64,000 nucleotides of DNA from Paramoeba atlantica (GCA_977017575.1 CDRNVI010000029.1:310001-374000), one strand, 5' to 3'; counted from the stretch's first letter, positions 34,701 through 46,400 are shown. Translations and numbers: made by a program. The notes: a model not told the origin generated them from the letters alone.

Positions 34701-35091
34701 TAGCGCTAGTACAATAGCAAATGAGATTTGGGAATTTACCCGTGGACAACAAATTTATAAAGTTCCCGAATACGCGGCACACCTACTTTTCTTTTGCTCA
34801 GAACATGAATTGCACTATCCACCACTATTATCCGCATTGCTTGTCACACTAACCAAACATCTTGATGTTCTAGCTCCACTTCATCTGTTGCAAATACTTC
34901 GATCATGTGTTAAACAGAAGATTAAAGACGTAACCTTTGTAGGAAAGGTGATTAGTCAATTAAATCCTGCATCACTTACTACTGAAGAGGACCGCAACGC
35001 ATACAAACAGGCGTGCACGGACCTAGGCTTTAACCCAAATTTTGCAAAATACAAGAGTAGTCCAGCGCATCGCACCCGTCATAAACATTAG
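31732..35091 (+). CDS. Large helical hypothetical protein, probably mitochondrial
   Basis: 1119-aa uninterrupted ORF; Arg-rich N-terminus; Leu-rich helical repeats; no diagnostic motif recognised. Confidence 0.75.
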   Translation: MMSGLYLRRSANTSLWPRKLILGVPHRTYCSAYLQRRIFPSGVGGALQQKLHVFLEQQHISPMRASEIRSMAEVTVVSAKLTKVSLKTLCDLLVSLRKLGIQKDSPSIRRIIKNVVHRLENPDPEDIVCLTKIGKFSEASHVVNSLRTASAPSSQFWEKEIPRCEIKWLSSACQFLEIYYYRYPQYSTTLMDIKKQPLRVSCRIRGELEKLKTLVLRRLKMLLEASDAFPDLIDRACSFAYNLQTALFFHELNSLHLLFDLRLKRDCPSMQEFSKFLDSTTPILEVRYKSLRKESSVKWTSGARYFLNIFLTSVFEHIHLLTSVSDDDFPIDEWTTLISIVGTLLEFEFLEQERRAPCNSSTSVTYTSINSEDLTDNACSKPFKPVNTVERVTKYCVLCKRILYIVRDRLNASSLSLHPTGSATYVEEMGVWLDRGCPKDDYRFRSLHLLFQRDKMLQTQLSDVILKLGKRILELGSRKEKELNVHHASHEKALETSLKNFSLSLTPFDGNRNRWSREFVTWLPHASLQDLLSLIKLNLFTLNEVLFAKATHIEDRGDHKDPQVSRMVWECLFDALLDKTNLCTVTLAPDQYVHLVTYLYYVGENCNWQSVIQILRNVKFSAVPSRFSKTNVEIPKSKFYEPYPLEFWIALNHVHVLEDPTAQVYNKRKSAVSREVYQHFWAHGILWLQSLTIDKPNPLVLSIILTWQVRFDLSATLSPSTDSNSFERSIHDVICSTIPFLQTADLDMILYVVQDWETQHKKDVSTKISKRLRACFNEMKTSLSPKQNGTRVEQNSTSRAICGVLNTMLTLQCLPEVPVLLELTKDVVGNAFLEEKETKNHSCRDVSDSTLELQHVVLLLEAFLHCADYLDKDIPGTSSCMGQNAMNVPCKLQMMFYQALLRSSCTEVPIIVRVRGLSLLLRHKTIDKKILKNILSILFINLGDSKIEIRDAKSASRTPEIQTQNAHAKGVCRLVPHFYVLCLLQAALEVSASTIANEIWEFTRGQQIYKVPEYAAHLLFFCSEHELHYPPLLSALLVTLTKHLDVLAPLHLLQILRSCVKQKIKDVTFVGKVISQLNPASLTTEEDRNAYKQACTDLGFNPNFAKYKSSPAHRTRHKH

Positions 35092-35571
35092 CTCGTGCGG
35101 CTTACACTTTTGAGAAACGGGCGCCTTTTTTTGCTGAGGACTCAATTACTACGTTCTTTCAACCGGAAAATTGGTTTCTATTCTTGCATAATGATAATGT
35201 CGGCCACCAATGATTGTCCGGTGGGCTTCATTTACATGTTCTAACTTCTTTCTGGGTTAAAGTAAAGGAAAATTCGCCTTTTTTGAAAAAGAAATTTCTT
35301 CACACCCTAGTTTACACCCTTGAAATCTACCCTTGCATTTCTTAGTACAGTGCCACACACTATCCTCTAATTCCATTTCTTTTGGTGATGAGTGTGTCCT
35401 TTTTCCACAGAAATCCCTTCTCGTGACAAGCCCGTGGCTTCGACTTGCTCGCACTGTGCTTCTGTCCGGCGTGATATACGGCTGAGGGTGAACTTTCTTC
35501 GAGAAGCGAACCCCCGACACCCCTGGCATACCATAGAAAATAACGGAAAATGGGTATACAATAGTCATATA

Positions 35572-36347
35572 CAGGGGGGGGTCACCAATTTCCGGGGGGT
35601 GTCTAAAATTTGTGTCGTGTGAGCTTTTGACCTAATTCCTTCGGCATTCAACAGATCTCGAAATTCTAAGCTGTTTTGCGCTATAAAAAGTATCATAAAA
35701 AACCAAACGACTATATGAGAAATTTTTAAAAGTAGGGTCAGAATTGTGCAAATTATTCGAAATATTACGAAAATTCATAATTTATGCTGTATAATTGTTG
35801 ATATAAAGAGAGATTCAGTCTACAAGTGTAACAAACTATTTATTTATGGACAATGCCCCCGGCCATGGGCATGCCCGCCGAGTCGTACGTGACATGGGAA
35901 TTGAAATCCCCGACTGGCCGGCCAAGTCACCAGATCTAAATCTTATTGAAAATTTATGGAGTATGATGGATCATCATGTTAAGTTTCATCTTCGACCCAC
36001 TAATCGTACGGAATTACAAGTATCGATACGTAAAGCTTTAGATTATCTTTTAAAGGATATGAAGGCAGCGTATGAAAACAATTTGAAAAGTTTTCCGTCC
36101 CGAATTAGGCTTCTTAGAGAAAAAAATGGAGGTTCAATACTAAAATAGTTCGCCCAAAAAAATCTGCAAATTCTTGAAAATCTCAATTCTGTCATGTCCA
36201 GAATTCTTCATATATAATTTTTAAGATGGGTTTTTATAGCGCAAAACAGCTTAGAATTTCGAGATCTGTTGAATACCGAAGGAATTAGGTCAAAAGCTCA
36301 CACGACACAAATTTTAGACCCCCCCTGGAAATTGGTGACCCCCCCTG
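35572..36347 (+). mobile_element. Internally deleted Tc1-like element (776 bp, ~118-bp near-perfect TIRs, TA TSD)
   Basis: TA|CAGGGGGGGGTCACCAATTTCC... and ...GGAAATTGGTGACCCCCCCTG|TA. It retains the transposase C-terminus at 35846-36148 (MDNAPGH...WPAKSPDLNLIENLW). Confidence 0.92.
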
Positions 36348-36564
36348 TACAGTATTATGTACCTAGGTAATGTCCTTTTGTCGAAAAGAAAAAGGTCAAG
36401 CTAAAAAGTCTTAAGAAAAGCGAATTTTCCTTTACTTTCACCTCTTTCTGTAATAGTATCGCAATAGTAATAATATCGCAAAGATTACTGTATACGTTTT
36501 TCGTGAACAAGTTTACTAAGTCATATTTTATCCCAGTCGTTTTCCCAATTTTCTTTAATTCTCA

Positions 36565-37485
36565 ATGCTACGTCGATTAGCCTGCCGCCTTAACCCACGG
36601 AATACCTTATCTATTCCCATAAGAATAACCGAATCCGATATCAATGCGGCTGTGCACTCAAGTTCTGAACATTTACAACAATTTCCTTTAAATTCAGGGA
36701 AACGAAGGTGGACAGAAATCGACGTGGTGGCTCGAGAGAAGTGGTGCGAGTTCTTCACGACGACAGCACTGACATATCCCCCGAAACGGAATATTGCAGA
36801 AGCACAAAAAACTTCTGATGAAACTGTAATAGACAGACATTCTCCTTCTTTATTTTGGGGGACGTTTTTTAGTGTGTCACAAGTAATGGATAAGTACGAA
36901 ACGCTTGTAGGCTATGCGTTGAAATTGGGTCAATTTCGCCGTGAGTTGGAGCTAAGAACGTTCCCTCTTCGGGACGCCCTCCGCCTGAAGAGATGTTCCG
37001 CCCAGGAGCTCGCATCCAAACAACGGGAATTGGAAGCTCTTGTGAAAGAAATGGGTGAGTTGGAAGCCGAAAAGACACAGTACGCGGCAAAGTACTTTGA
37101 CACGTCTGTGTACAATTCCTTGATCAATTTGATGAGACTTTTTGGTGAAACAAATCCGCATGCTACCTCCTACGCGCTTCAGATTTTGGATGACATGACG
37201 GCTTTGTCTATTCCTTTTGATGAGACAACTCAGTTACTTTTGAGGAGTCTTACTTTTGGTGATGATGACAGCCACAATTCTGACGCGCTCTTCTCCCTCG
37301 TGGAATTTCCGGAGATGGGCCAAGTTACAAATAAGCTTGATTCGGTGGAAAAATTGGCCCGTGATTCCATAAGGACGATCTCCCGCAGGCACAACCTCCC
37401 GATAACAGAAGGTGCTTACCAACAAGATAAGGGGACACATCCCTTACTGCCTCGAACACCTGAAGGAGCGGAACAAGAAATATAA
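36565..37485 (+). CDS. Mitochondrial protein with a PPR-like segment
   Basis: MLRRL presequence typical of kinetoplastids; DTSVYNSLINLM...ALQILDDM...IPFDETT resembles a PPR motif. Confidence 0.6.
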   Translation: MLRRLACRLNPRNTLSIPIRITESDINAAVHSSSEHLQQFPLNSGKRRWTEIDVVAREKWCEFFTTTALTYPPKRNIAEAQKTSDETVIDRHSPSLFWGTFFSVSQVMDKYETLVGYALKLGQFRRELELRTFPLRDALRLKRCSAQELASKQRELEALVKEMGELEAEKTQYAAKYFDTSVYNSLINLMRLFGETNPHATSYALQILDDMTALSIPFDETTQLLLRSLTFGDDDSHNSDALFSLVEFPEMGQVTNKLDSVEKLARDSIRTISRRHNLPITEGAYQQDKGTHPLLPRTPEGAEQEI

Positions 37486-37993
37486 AACGCGTCTTCGAGT
37501 ACGTAAGTCTCGCGTATCAAAAAGTACCTGCGTCATGTGAACAGTTTTCATGAGTTTACATTGATTTCTGGCCGCAGAGTCGTTAAATACAATTTTTTAT
37601 CAACAGTGCCTAAGTATTGAACAGCTATTTTTGTACACCTGATATTGAATCTCTATGAAGCCTACGCGTTTAATGATTTTAAAGATTCTAAAGGCAATAA
37701 AACACTGACTTTTTTGAATGTAGTATTGGAAAATTATAAATATACAGATCCCCTGTCCTCCGAGTCTTCTGTCTGATAATGAACGGGAACAAATTTTACC
37801 GACCCTATGAACTTTTTACATGTATAAGTTGAACCAGTACACCTACCCTGTTGGTTGAGTCGAAGAAAGCTTTTTCTAACGAGATAATCGTTAAATATAG
37901 ATCACGTTTTTCCCTATTAAGCTGTTCTATTTTGTTGTATCAATTCCGTACTTCCAGTATCCCGATATTTACATCTACTCCTACTGCCCGCAA

Positions 37994-39091
37994 ATGGCTA
38001 CGCATCCCGCAGAAAATGCGACTCACTTCCCTAACGTCGATATAGAGCGGCTAAATCGTTTAATGGCAGAAGAAAGAAATCTTGCAGATGGGGTGGGGCG
38101 TGACTGGAGTACTTTTTCGGACGATATTAATGAATCCTTCGTACGAGAAATGGATCAGATATTTAGCTTCATAGAGAAACGCAGAAACTATACTGAAGAA
38201 AAACTCCAAGAATACGGATCGGTCGAGGTCAAGATGCCTAGCCCTGCCTATGGAAATATTAATATAAAACCAAATTCCGTGCTTTCGCATGCAGAACAAA
38301 AGACGAATAGAAGTTATGAAACCGAACCGCATGTGACACATAACTCCATAAATATAAGTGAGAAGCGGGGTGCAAAGACTTCAGCACAGAGCACAACGTC
38401 CAGAACAGATCAGCTCAAGTTCGATCAAACCGTCGAGCCAGTAATTCATGGCAAATGTATTGATATAATGCAAAAGAACAGTCAAGAAGACACCGTTCGA
38501 GTCAAACTTCGCTTATTGATCAAGTCCCCAGATTCTAACACGCTAAAACGCCGGGACATCGTAGAACAGTTTAGCAACAATTGCACCATTCAGAATTTAA
38601 TTAAGTTCATCATAAAATCTATTGACAATAACCAGAAGCCGAGTTCGAATAATAGCAACCAGAGAGCTTGTGCTGAAAGATCAGTGTTGCCGAAAGTGAC
38701 GAAAATTCAACACGCTGCCACAAAGAAAGCTATATTTTCTTCTGAGAACGATGCTGCTGATTTGCAATCGAGCTTACATGACTTCGAAATTTTGTCAAAC
38801 TCACTTCTTTTAGTAGATATTGAGGATCCAGAAACATCAAACAGAGTTCCTTCTCTTGCAAAAGCAGCCAAGCAGGTGAGCGACGGATTTTGGGGAGCTG
38901 TGCGTTCAGTGAATCCTGTTGCGTCACTTGTTTCACGTAACACAAATTCATCTAAGCCTTCAACGCACACTCAAATTCACGAACCAAAAGCGTTTATGAC
39001 ACTCTCTGATCTTAAAAAAGAAGATGAGAAAGCGAATAAGAATAGTAAGCAAACTTTCTACAATGGTACCAACACGGAATTCGAAGAATAA
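37994..39091 (+). CDS. Hypothetical protein with possible ubiquitin-like fold
   Basis: 365 aa; VKLRLLIK...FSNNCTIQNLIKFI...LHDFEILSNSLLLV resembles a UBL/UBX beta-grasp; family not established. Confidence 0.55.
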   Translation: MATHPAENATHFPNVDIERLNRLMAEERNLADGVGRDWSTFSDDINESFVREMDQIFSFIEKRRNYTEEKLQEYGSVEVKMPSPAYGNINIKPNSVLSHAEQKTNRSYETEPHVTHNSINISEKRGAKTSAQSTTSRTDQLKFDQTVEPVIHGKCIDIMQKNSQEDTVRVKLRLLIKSPDSNTLKRRDIVEQFSNNCTIQNLIKFIIKSIDNNQKPSSNNSNQRACAERSVLPKVTKIQHAATKKAIFSSENDAADLQSSLHDFEILSNSLLLVDIEDPETSNRVPSLAKAAKQVSDGFWGAVRSVNPVASLVSRNTNSSKPSTHTQIHEPKAFMTLSDLKKEDEKANKNSKQTFYNGTNTEFEE

Positions 39092-39155
39092 TCTGTAGCT
39101 ATACCACATAACCATTTTACTTAATTGCTGTGCTATTTTAAATTCTTTTTGTACC

Positions 39156-40121
39156 ATGGAAGATGACACTATAAAACACGGAAACGCCAAAACATTTTCC
39201 CTCTCCTCGTTTTTTTCACTACTTAAAATGTATTCAAGCAACATCGGAATGTCCGCAGCAAAACCTTTCTCTTCTCATCCCCTCGACAGCTCTGGGCCAA
39301 GATTAGACCCCCGACTCCCCCCGTGGGACCGACGTCCCCCCGCGGGGCACTACCCCACTACCGCACCCGTCACCTTTGCCACCCATCTGGGCGCACCCTC
39401 CCTCCCCGAGGAGAACACCTGCCCGTTCTTCTTAAAAACAGGCGCGTGTAAATACGAGGAGTTGTGTAACCGTCACCATCCCCGACCGGAGGTCTCCAAG
39501 ACGATTCTGATTCCTCACATGTATTTAAACCTCCGTGCCCGGACCCTGCGGGATGTCCACGGCCAGTCCTACCGCTACACCGAGTCCTTTCTCCAACAAA
39601 GAATGGAGAGGTTCTATGAGGACGTGTGGTTGGAAGCCTCACTGCTGGGGGAGGTGGAAGAGATGATGATGGTGAAAAACACAGGCGAACATCTCTTGGG
39701 AAATGTCTACCTGAGGTTTACCACAATACAACACGCCACGCGCGCGATGAAGTACATGCGGGGACGTAGTTTTGAGGGCCGTGTGTTGGTGCCAGAATAC
39801 TCCCCGGTACAGAGTTTTCAGGAAGCACTTTGTAAACTAAGTGAGGAAGGACAGTGTAAGTTCTCCGAGAATCACACTTGTAATTTTCTGCACGTGGAGC
39901 AGCCCGGTGCGGAACTGCAGGAGCGGTTGATCCGTACAGGATCGCTTCACTGGCGTCGCAAGAATCGAGACACCACACGCGCCGAGAATGAGGGAAGCGA
40001 CGATGGAGTTCTCGAACTTCCGTGCTTTATTTGCGGAGAAACAGGACATATTGCTCGCAAATGTCCCGCAGCTCGACAGCAAAGGGAGACGCTCGCGGAA
40101 GCGGCTGCCAAAGAGAGTTGA
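39156..40121 (+). CDS. U2AF35: U2AF small subunit (U2AF35) homolog: CCCH-UHM-CCCH plus C-terminal CCHC knuckle
   Basis: CPFFLKTGACKY...CNRHH; FYEDV; EHLLGNVYLRF; YSPVQSFQEALC...CNFLH; CFICGETGHIARKCP. Start codon may lie further downstream. Confidence 0.85.
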   Translation: MEDDTIKHGNAKTFSLSSFFSLLKMYSSNIGMSAAKPFSSHPLDSSGPRLDPRLPPWDRRPPAGHYPTTAPVTFATHLGAPSLPEENTCPFFLKTGACKYEELCNRHHPRPEVSKTILIPHMYLNLRARTLRDVHGQSYRYTESFLQQRMERFYEDVWLEASLLGEVEEMMMVKNTGEHLLGNVYLRFTTIQHATRAMKYMRGRSFEGRVLVPEYSPVQSFQEALCKLSEEGQCKFSENHTCNFLHVEQPGAELQERLIRTGSLHWRRKNRDTTRAENEGSDDGVLELPCFICGETGHIARKCPAARQQRETLAEAAAKES

Positions 40122-40426
40122 AGGAACGTTTTTGGCTATCAAAAATTACAATTGCAGATTTCGGTTCAATGTTTCGGACAAGAAGTACTTTCGTAAGGTA
40201 ACGTATGGAAATATTGAAATAACGGGTTGAATGACAGACAGTATGATTAGAATCATTCAAGACTCAGCCTTACGATGGCATCGTAAGCCTCGGAATTTTA
40301 GAGGCGTAGCACCTTTCACATACAATTGTATATTTCAAAACTACTGTTGTAAAGTACCGGATGAACATCTGAAAACTAGTATTATTTGTAGCTGTACTTT
40401 ATCGATGTAAAATTTGAATTCCGTGG

Positions 40427-42085
40427 ATGTTTCCACAAATTCATTGTCCCATGTTCCATTCAAAACCGAATTTTTCCATCCTTCGAGGTCTGTGCAGAAC
40501 ATTTGTGGGGCTTGTTCATGATCGCCCATTGTCCCCACAGGAAAAGATTGAAGAACGAGTGATCGCACCGCGCCATTCGCCTTCTTCAATGCAAAGCCAC
40601 TCGGAGGTGATCTCTGATCGTCTCAAACTGTACGCTAAAGACAGTAAAGATCAGACAACCGAAGTTGAATCGAGTATAGAAAAGTCTCGTCAAACTCAAA
40701 GCCCAATTCCAGATGGGCTCTCATCGACAGCTGCATCCGTTCCGACCTCTAGTTGGGCACGAGGAGGTCTCTTCGGAGTATTGGCTGTACGACTTGCAGC
40801 AGATTATTTACGAAGACCTTTGGAGCGCGGATCGAACGGTTTAAACCAACAGCGCTTCACACCTTCTGCACACAAACATATCGTAGAAACGTTGTGCCAC
40901 ATGCGAGGTGCTACTTTAAAACTAGCACAAATGTTTTCGATACAGGAGGATTCGGTGATTCCTTCTGCAGCTTTAGAGGTTTTTACTCGTGTACGGGACG
41001 CCGCTGTGTACATGCCGCAAACTCAAATGGAGAGCTTGTTAAACAAGGAATTAGGCAAGGCCTGGAAGGAACGCTGTGATGTTGATGAATTTCATTCGGT
41101 TCCATTTGCTGCAGCCAGTATTGGACAGGTTCACTACTGTGTAGCGCGGGGAAAAAGATTTGCCGTAAAAGTACAATTTCCCGGGGTTCGAGAATCGATT
41201 CGTAATGACACTGCCAACATTCGCCGTCTTTCCTTTCTAAAGCTACTTCCACCCGGACTTTTTGTTGGTTCTCTTCTGGATTCATTAGAAAAGGAATTAG
41301 AAAGTGAGTGTAATTATACTTCTGAGGCTTTAATGCAAAACACGTATCGTTCTTATATGCAACGTGACCCGGATTTAAGTTTGTATATAGCCCCGTTGCG
41401 ATTGATTGTTCCAGAGATAAATTCTGACATGAGTACTTCCAAGGTTCTTACATCATCTTTTTGTGACGGGAAAGCTATCGATAAGATGATTCCTCTCCTA
41501 TCACAAGACGAGAAGGACTTAATTGGTCGAACAATTATTTTCTTAACGATGAAAGAACTTTTTCACTGGAAATTTATGCAAACGGATCCCAATTTTGCCA
41601 ATTTTTTGTTTAACCGTGAGCGACGCGAATTGCAATTGATTGATTTTGGGGCAACAAGGTCATATCGAGAAGATTTCGTATCACGATACCATCAAATTGT
41701 TTCGGCTGGCTCTAGAGGTAGTAAAGAGGAAATAATTCATCATAGTATTGCTCTAGGACTACTTACAGGGGAGGAAAGCAAACAAATGATGGACGCACAC
41801 TGTACATCTGTTATGATTCTAGCTCGTCCTTATCGTTGTGAAGGAGTTTTCGACTTTGCGGCCGAAAGAGTTTCGCAATTGCTCACTCCCCATGTAAAGA
41901 TCATGCTTGCACACCGGCTACGCCCTCCACCACTAGAGGTCTACTCACTCCATCGAAGACTGAGCGGGGCATTTCTACTTTGCGCCCGGCTGAACGCCAG
42001 GGTTAATGTCCATCACATGTGGGAACATCATTTTTCGAATTACAAGGAAATGTGCGCGAACTTTAATTTCGAAGACTGTAATTAG
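40427..42085 (+). CDS. COQ8: ABC1/UbiB atypical kinase COQ8 (ADCK3/4)
   Basis: MRGATLKLAQ, PFAAASIGQVH, AVKVQFPGV, MQTDPNFANF, LIDFGA, YSLHRRLSGAFLLC. Confidence 0.92.
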   Translation: MFPQIHCPMFHSKPNFSILRGLCRTFVGLVHDRPLSPQEKIEERVIAPRHSPSSMQSHSEVISDRLKLYAKDSKDQTTEVESSIEKSRQTQSPIPDGLSSTAASVPTSSWARGGLFGVLAVRLAADYLRRPLERGSNGLNQQRFTPSAHKHIVETLCHMRGATLKLAQMFSIQEDSVIPSAALEVFTRVRDAAVYMPQTQMESLLNKELGKAWKERCDVDEFHSVPFAAASIGQVHYCVARGKRFAVKVQFPGVRESIRNDTANIRRLSFLKLLPPGLFVGSLLDSLEKELESECNYTSEALMQNTYRSYMQRDPDLSLYIAPLRLIVPEINSDMSTSKVLTSSFCDGKAIDKMIPLLSQDEKDLIGRTIIFLTMKELFHWKFMQTDPNFANFLFNRERRELQLIDFGATRSYREDFVSRYHQIVSAGSRGSKEEIIHHSIALGLLTGEESKQMMDAHCTSVMILARPYRCEGVFDFAAERVSQLLTPHVKIMLAHRLRPPPLEVYSLHRRLSGAFLLCARLNARVNVHHMWEHHFSNYKEMCANFNFEDCN

Positions 42086-42293
42086 AAATAATGAAAACAG
42101 TTACGCGCTTTGCTCCCCATAAGTTCAGAAAAATTAAAGTATGCGATGGATTTAGCTCCTTATGTCTACATAATTAAACACAAGTTTTGACTCAATACAT
42201 GTAGATTGTTAGCCACTCATAAGTACAGTAACTCATAGCCAATAAGGGTTACGCTGATGTTTTACCTTTTAGCACCTTTTACCATGCGGTGAA

Positions 42294-43220
42294 ATGAAAA
42301 GTTTCTGTTCGATCAATCCACCCTGTAGGTCGAGTCTGTATGTAGTTTTGCAAGAATCTTGCATTCGTCGAATAGCGTTTCGAGGAAGAACTAACAAAAA
42401 CGGAGGGAGCAAACCTTTCGAGAATGATACTGAAACTGTTCTAAAGTGTAGTGAGGAAGGGAAAGCCTCGGGATCTAGCGACAGACTTTCTGATCAGGAG
42501 ATTCCATATGCAACGCTTGATGACAATTCGTTACGCAGCTGTACGAGTCGCGCGCCTGATACACCTCTTCGTGAAATCGCGACCAAGGGAGATGAACCAT
42601 ATGGCAGGGAAGTACTGCAGAGCAAAAATAGCTCGTTTATTGGGTCTCTTATTCCAAATTTTCGTCCATTTCCGTTTCGTGGTTCGGAAGTGTTACACCT
42701 CTATCGAAGCTTTTGGCGAGTGCTTCATCGCCTCCCTCTTGATGAGCAAGCGGAGGCGAAGCATAAATTGCGGGAACGATTTCGCCAAGGACGCAGATTG
42801 ATAGGAGCGAAACGAATTAACGCAGCTCTGCAGCGGGGATATGGCCAATTGGAGTACTGGAAGACATACGTGAATGACCATGAAGTGAGAAAAGAAATAG
42901 GGAATCTCGAACCCTTGCGTTCTAGGATGACTGACATAAAAGTATCAAGAACACAATATAGCGTGGTTAGCGCGTTGGAATCATACTTTCAGGGGAAGGT
43001 GTCTGCGGATAAGGTAGTGGATGAAACCAGAGAAGGGGGCAGTTATACTCGAGAAATTGAGTACCAAAATATTCCTTGCGATCACATGTGGGAACGGGCT
43101 CGCAAAGAGTTAGGGAATACAATACCCGGAATTCATACAAAAGGAAGCATCCGGCTTCATGAAACACAAAGCTGTCGAATGCAGGAATATCGCGAAGTAT
43201 CACCAATCAGACCCTACTAA
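42294..43220 (+). CDS. LYR-motif protein
   Basis: VLHLYRSFWRVLHRLP...AKHKLRERFR...INAALQRG fits the Complex1_LYR pattern. Confidence 0.65.
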   Translation: MKSFCSINPPCRSSLYVVLQESCIRRIAFRGRTNKNGGSKPFENDTETVLKCSEEGKASGSSDRLSDQEIPYATLDDNSLRSCTSRAPDTPLREIATKGDEPYGREVLQSKNSSFIGSLIPNFRPFPFRGSEVLHLYRSFWRVLHRLPLDEQAEAKHKLRERFRQGRRLIGAKRINAALQRGYGQLEYWKTYVNDHEVRKEIGNLEPLRSRMTDIKVSRTQYSVVSALESYFQGKVSADKVVDETREGGSYTREIEYQNIPCDHMWERARKELGNTIPGIHTKGSIRLHETQSCRMQEYREVSPIRPY

Positions 43221-43451
43221 TAAAATAGAACTAATGCTCGAATTCTACAGTTTACGAAATCTCTCCAACTACATGTAATTGTAGAATACGAAAACTAGCC
43301 AATCGCATAGCACTGTTTCCGATCGCATATCAACTGACTATTAAATCTTACATTGGCATTCTTACATTTGACATTCTTACATTTGGTATTCTTACATTTC
43401 GGTTTATTAACCTGGTCTTTTTACGTGTACTACATGTGACGCAAACGTACC

Positions 43452-46400
43452 ATGCGAGATAAATTGGGACAAAACCCCCCGAGCACACTCCTTATTCTAG
43501 CCTACCAACGCACGAACTAGATTTTTCTGGTCCTCCCCTGTTCGGCGATCCACCGTTTGACACGGATCCCCTTTTTATAGCTGCAGACGGTCCATTCTAC
43601 CCCGAAGTGTATGCCAATGATCCAAATTTCTTTACTGGGCCCCCTCCATTTCATGACTCGGAGTTTGATCCATACCAATCGTTGTCAGATTATCAGCTTC
43701 CTCCTCCGGATTGGCACGCATCACCGCGTCCGTTTTACAGGGCATCTACGAGAAGAGGGCGACGTTCAAGCTATCAACATCTGAGGAAGATCTCTCGCTG
43801 TCGAACATCCGGAGGGGCCATGCCCGAATCAAATCATCAGTCCAATAGTAGTAGTAGTAGTCGTACGTCAAAGGAAAGTATATTTACAGATGCATTTGAA
43901 AGACTTGCACGTTTAGATGCTGATGTTATGTGGGCGAAATGTCATATAATGACTGATTTTGCGACAAAGCTTTTAGATTTTATTGCTATTCAAGACGTTT
44001 CGCAGACGCTTTCAAGATTGAAGGAGAAATTTGGATCTACAGATCTTGTTACACTTCTACTTCGAATAGCATTGAATCCAGAGGATACCATACAAGAGAG
44101 CTCTTTTGGCCCAAAGCATAGCAGTATCTTTCACACTGCATCTGCGATGCTATACAAATTTTGAAAAGCATTTCTGGATTGAAAACAACTTTGAGCCCCT
44201 AATAGAAGCTCTTGAGTTCATAAAATCACAGTATACTAAACTATTGTGCGAAGAATGCTCTTCGTTAACAAAAACGTTGAGATACTGGGAAGGTAAGATC
44301 AATATTTTCTGCAAAGTTTGCGCCCTTTTGGTGCATCTGGTAAATATCGCAGTTTCTATATTCACCAGCCAGCCGATTATTATTGAGGAAAGGGATGCAG
44401 GCGATCAACCATTGTGCAGTGCTCATCATTTTAACGGAGTTTTGAGGTTTACACAGGCATGGCGATCATCCTGCGAATGTTCTCCAACGTTTGAGATACT
44501 AGAAAATATGCTAATAAGTCTTGTATCTTCTGAAAAAAAGAAAGAACCTTCCTCCTGATACGCTTTGTATCGCTCTACTAGATACTCTGCAATGCATGCG
44601 GTTACTGCTTCCTACCATTGAAAAATACGGACATACTGACAGTCATTGGTCCGAGGAAATTGAGTTCGATCTGAAAGGCCTACTTTTCTTAGAGTTTCCC
44701 GTTAGTTTGTTATGCCCCGAACTTCTTTTCTTCTTACCGATACGTGTCGTATCTCTCTACATACATTTGGGCGTTGCGTGGGATCAATTTTCTGCACGAG
44801 GCGCCGGCCATGGAGCGACCACGAGCGAGTTCAATCCGCTTACCCCTCGTATTCTTTCTTTAGCAAACCAGGTCATATCTCTGATAAATTTTCGAGTAAA
44901 CCCCGAACTGTTCAACTTAAGCCCACAGAGAAACGAATTAAGTGAAACAAATTCCGCCTTAAACCTCCTATCTAATATGATGGACATAAAAAATTATCGC
45001 GTTCACGGCAACGCTACCATTTTTTCCCTATACCGCATTCAGCTAGCCACACTAGTGGAAGGAGCCGTTACTTTGTTGTTCTGTTCATTTACACAGCAAG
45101 AGATGACCATCTTTTCGCGGACCTCTCGGTGCTTAGGATCTGACATTGAATTCTTCAGCTCGAAATCTGATACAACAGAAGCTTTTGATAAATTTATGAG
45201 CGAGCACGTAACTGATATGTTTTATCTCTTGAGCTTATTGAGGAACCAAGAAAAAGGAGTGAATTGCGAGAAACTAACCAAGGCAACGTCAAGCGCAACG
45301 GATACGTACTGTGGTCTCGAAACATCTGACTTATTACCTTGTCAAAGAACTGCAGTTACTTTGATTCGACCGTTTCATTCGTTGAGTGTAACGGAATTTA
45401 GGAAACTGATAGAACAACTTTTCCGTGTGTGGTTTGTTTATACACTGACAAGAGTAGATATACAGTGCAAGAGTAGATATACAAACTGTCACCTCGAATA
45501 ACCTTGATTACCGTACATGCATTGGAGACAATGATTCTCCGATTACAGCATGGTACGGCAAAAAAATTTTTTGCACGCTAAAAAATGCGTCCATGTGCCC
45601 GCCTTGTGGGTTTAGTCTGGAGGATTCTTGTTGCCTATTTGTTGAAAACATAGCAGCAATCTTTCTCACTAGGCAATCTGAATCACAACATTTGTGTGCC
45701 TTCTCTGATAGCTCGGGGAGCTAATGTTTGCTTAATGTATTGGTAGGACTCGTAACATTTTTTCACTGTTTACCCCAGCACTACACAAGCATCCTTCAAC
45801 TTCCATCAACTTTTTCATTCATCCAGAAAGCACTTGATGCAGTAGAACTATCCAGTATGCATATTCCCCAGACTTCAGAATCTTGTACAGCTGAACGCTT
45901 ATTAGTTGAGTTGTTTCAGTTCCCTGTGATGCATTGTTTAACGAGTTGCGAAGTCACTGTGAACGAAATTCTTGAAAATGCGATTGATTTCACTGCAAGA
46001 ACTGTCACTCATGTTGACAGCTTGCTCTGTCTATCAAGTTTCATGAAAATACATGAAATGGTCACAATTCTCTCTTCGCAAATATTACGTATCATGTGTC
46101 ATCTTGATCATCAAAGGTACGTGCTGCTGAGTACAGCGAACGTTATCCTTTCATTGCAGTGGTGCGTCCGTGTATCAACGGACCTTTTAAACGCTTTTTG
46201 GCCTAATAGGATTGTAAGCGCTACTGGTGAGATGCTAGGGGGATTGTTGCAATATGTTTGCGAAGTGCTCACAATTCCCAATTTGTTCAGTGCAACGGCA
46301 CAACCTCAAATAGACCATATTTCTTCTAAGAGTAACCCTATTCTGTTGGAATTTGAAAGAATTCGGCTTGAGTTAAAATGGGAGGTTCGGACCAACGCGT

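Noticed and set aside
39156-40121. U2AF35 with a CCHC knuckle and lacking the U2AF65-binding Trp as a novelty
   Set aside because: As I recall, these features are already described for trypanosomatid U2AF35; used only as taxonomic support.
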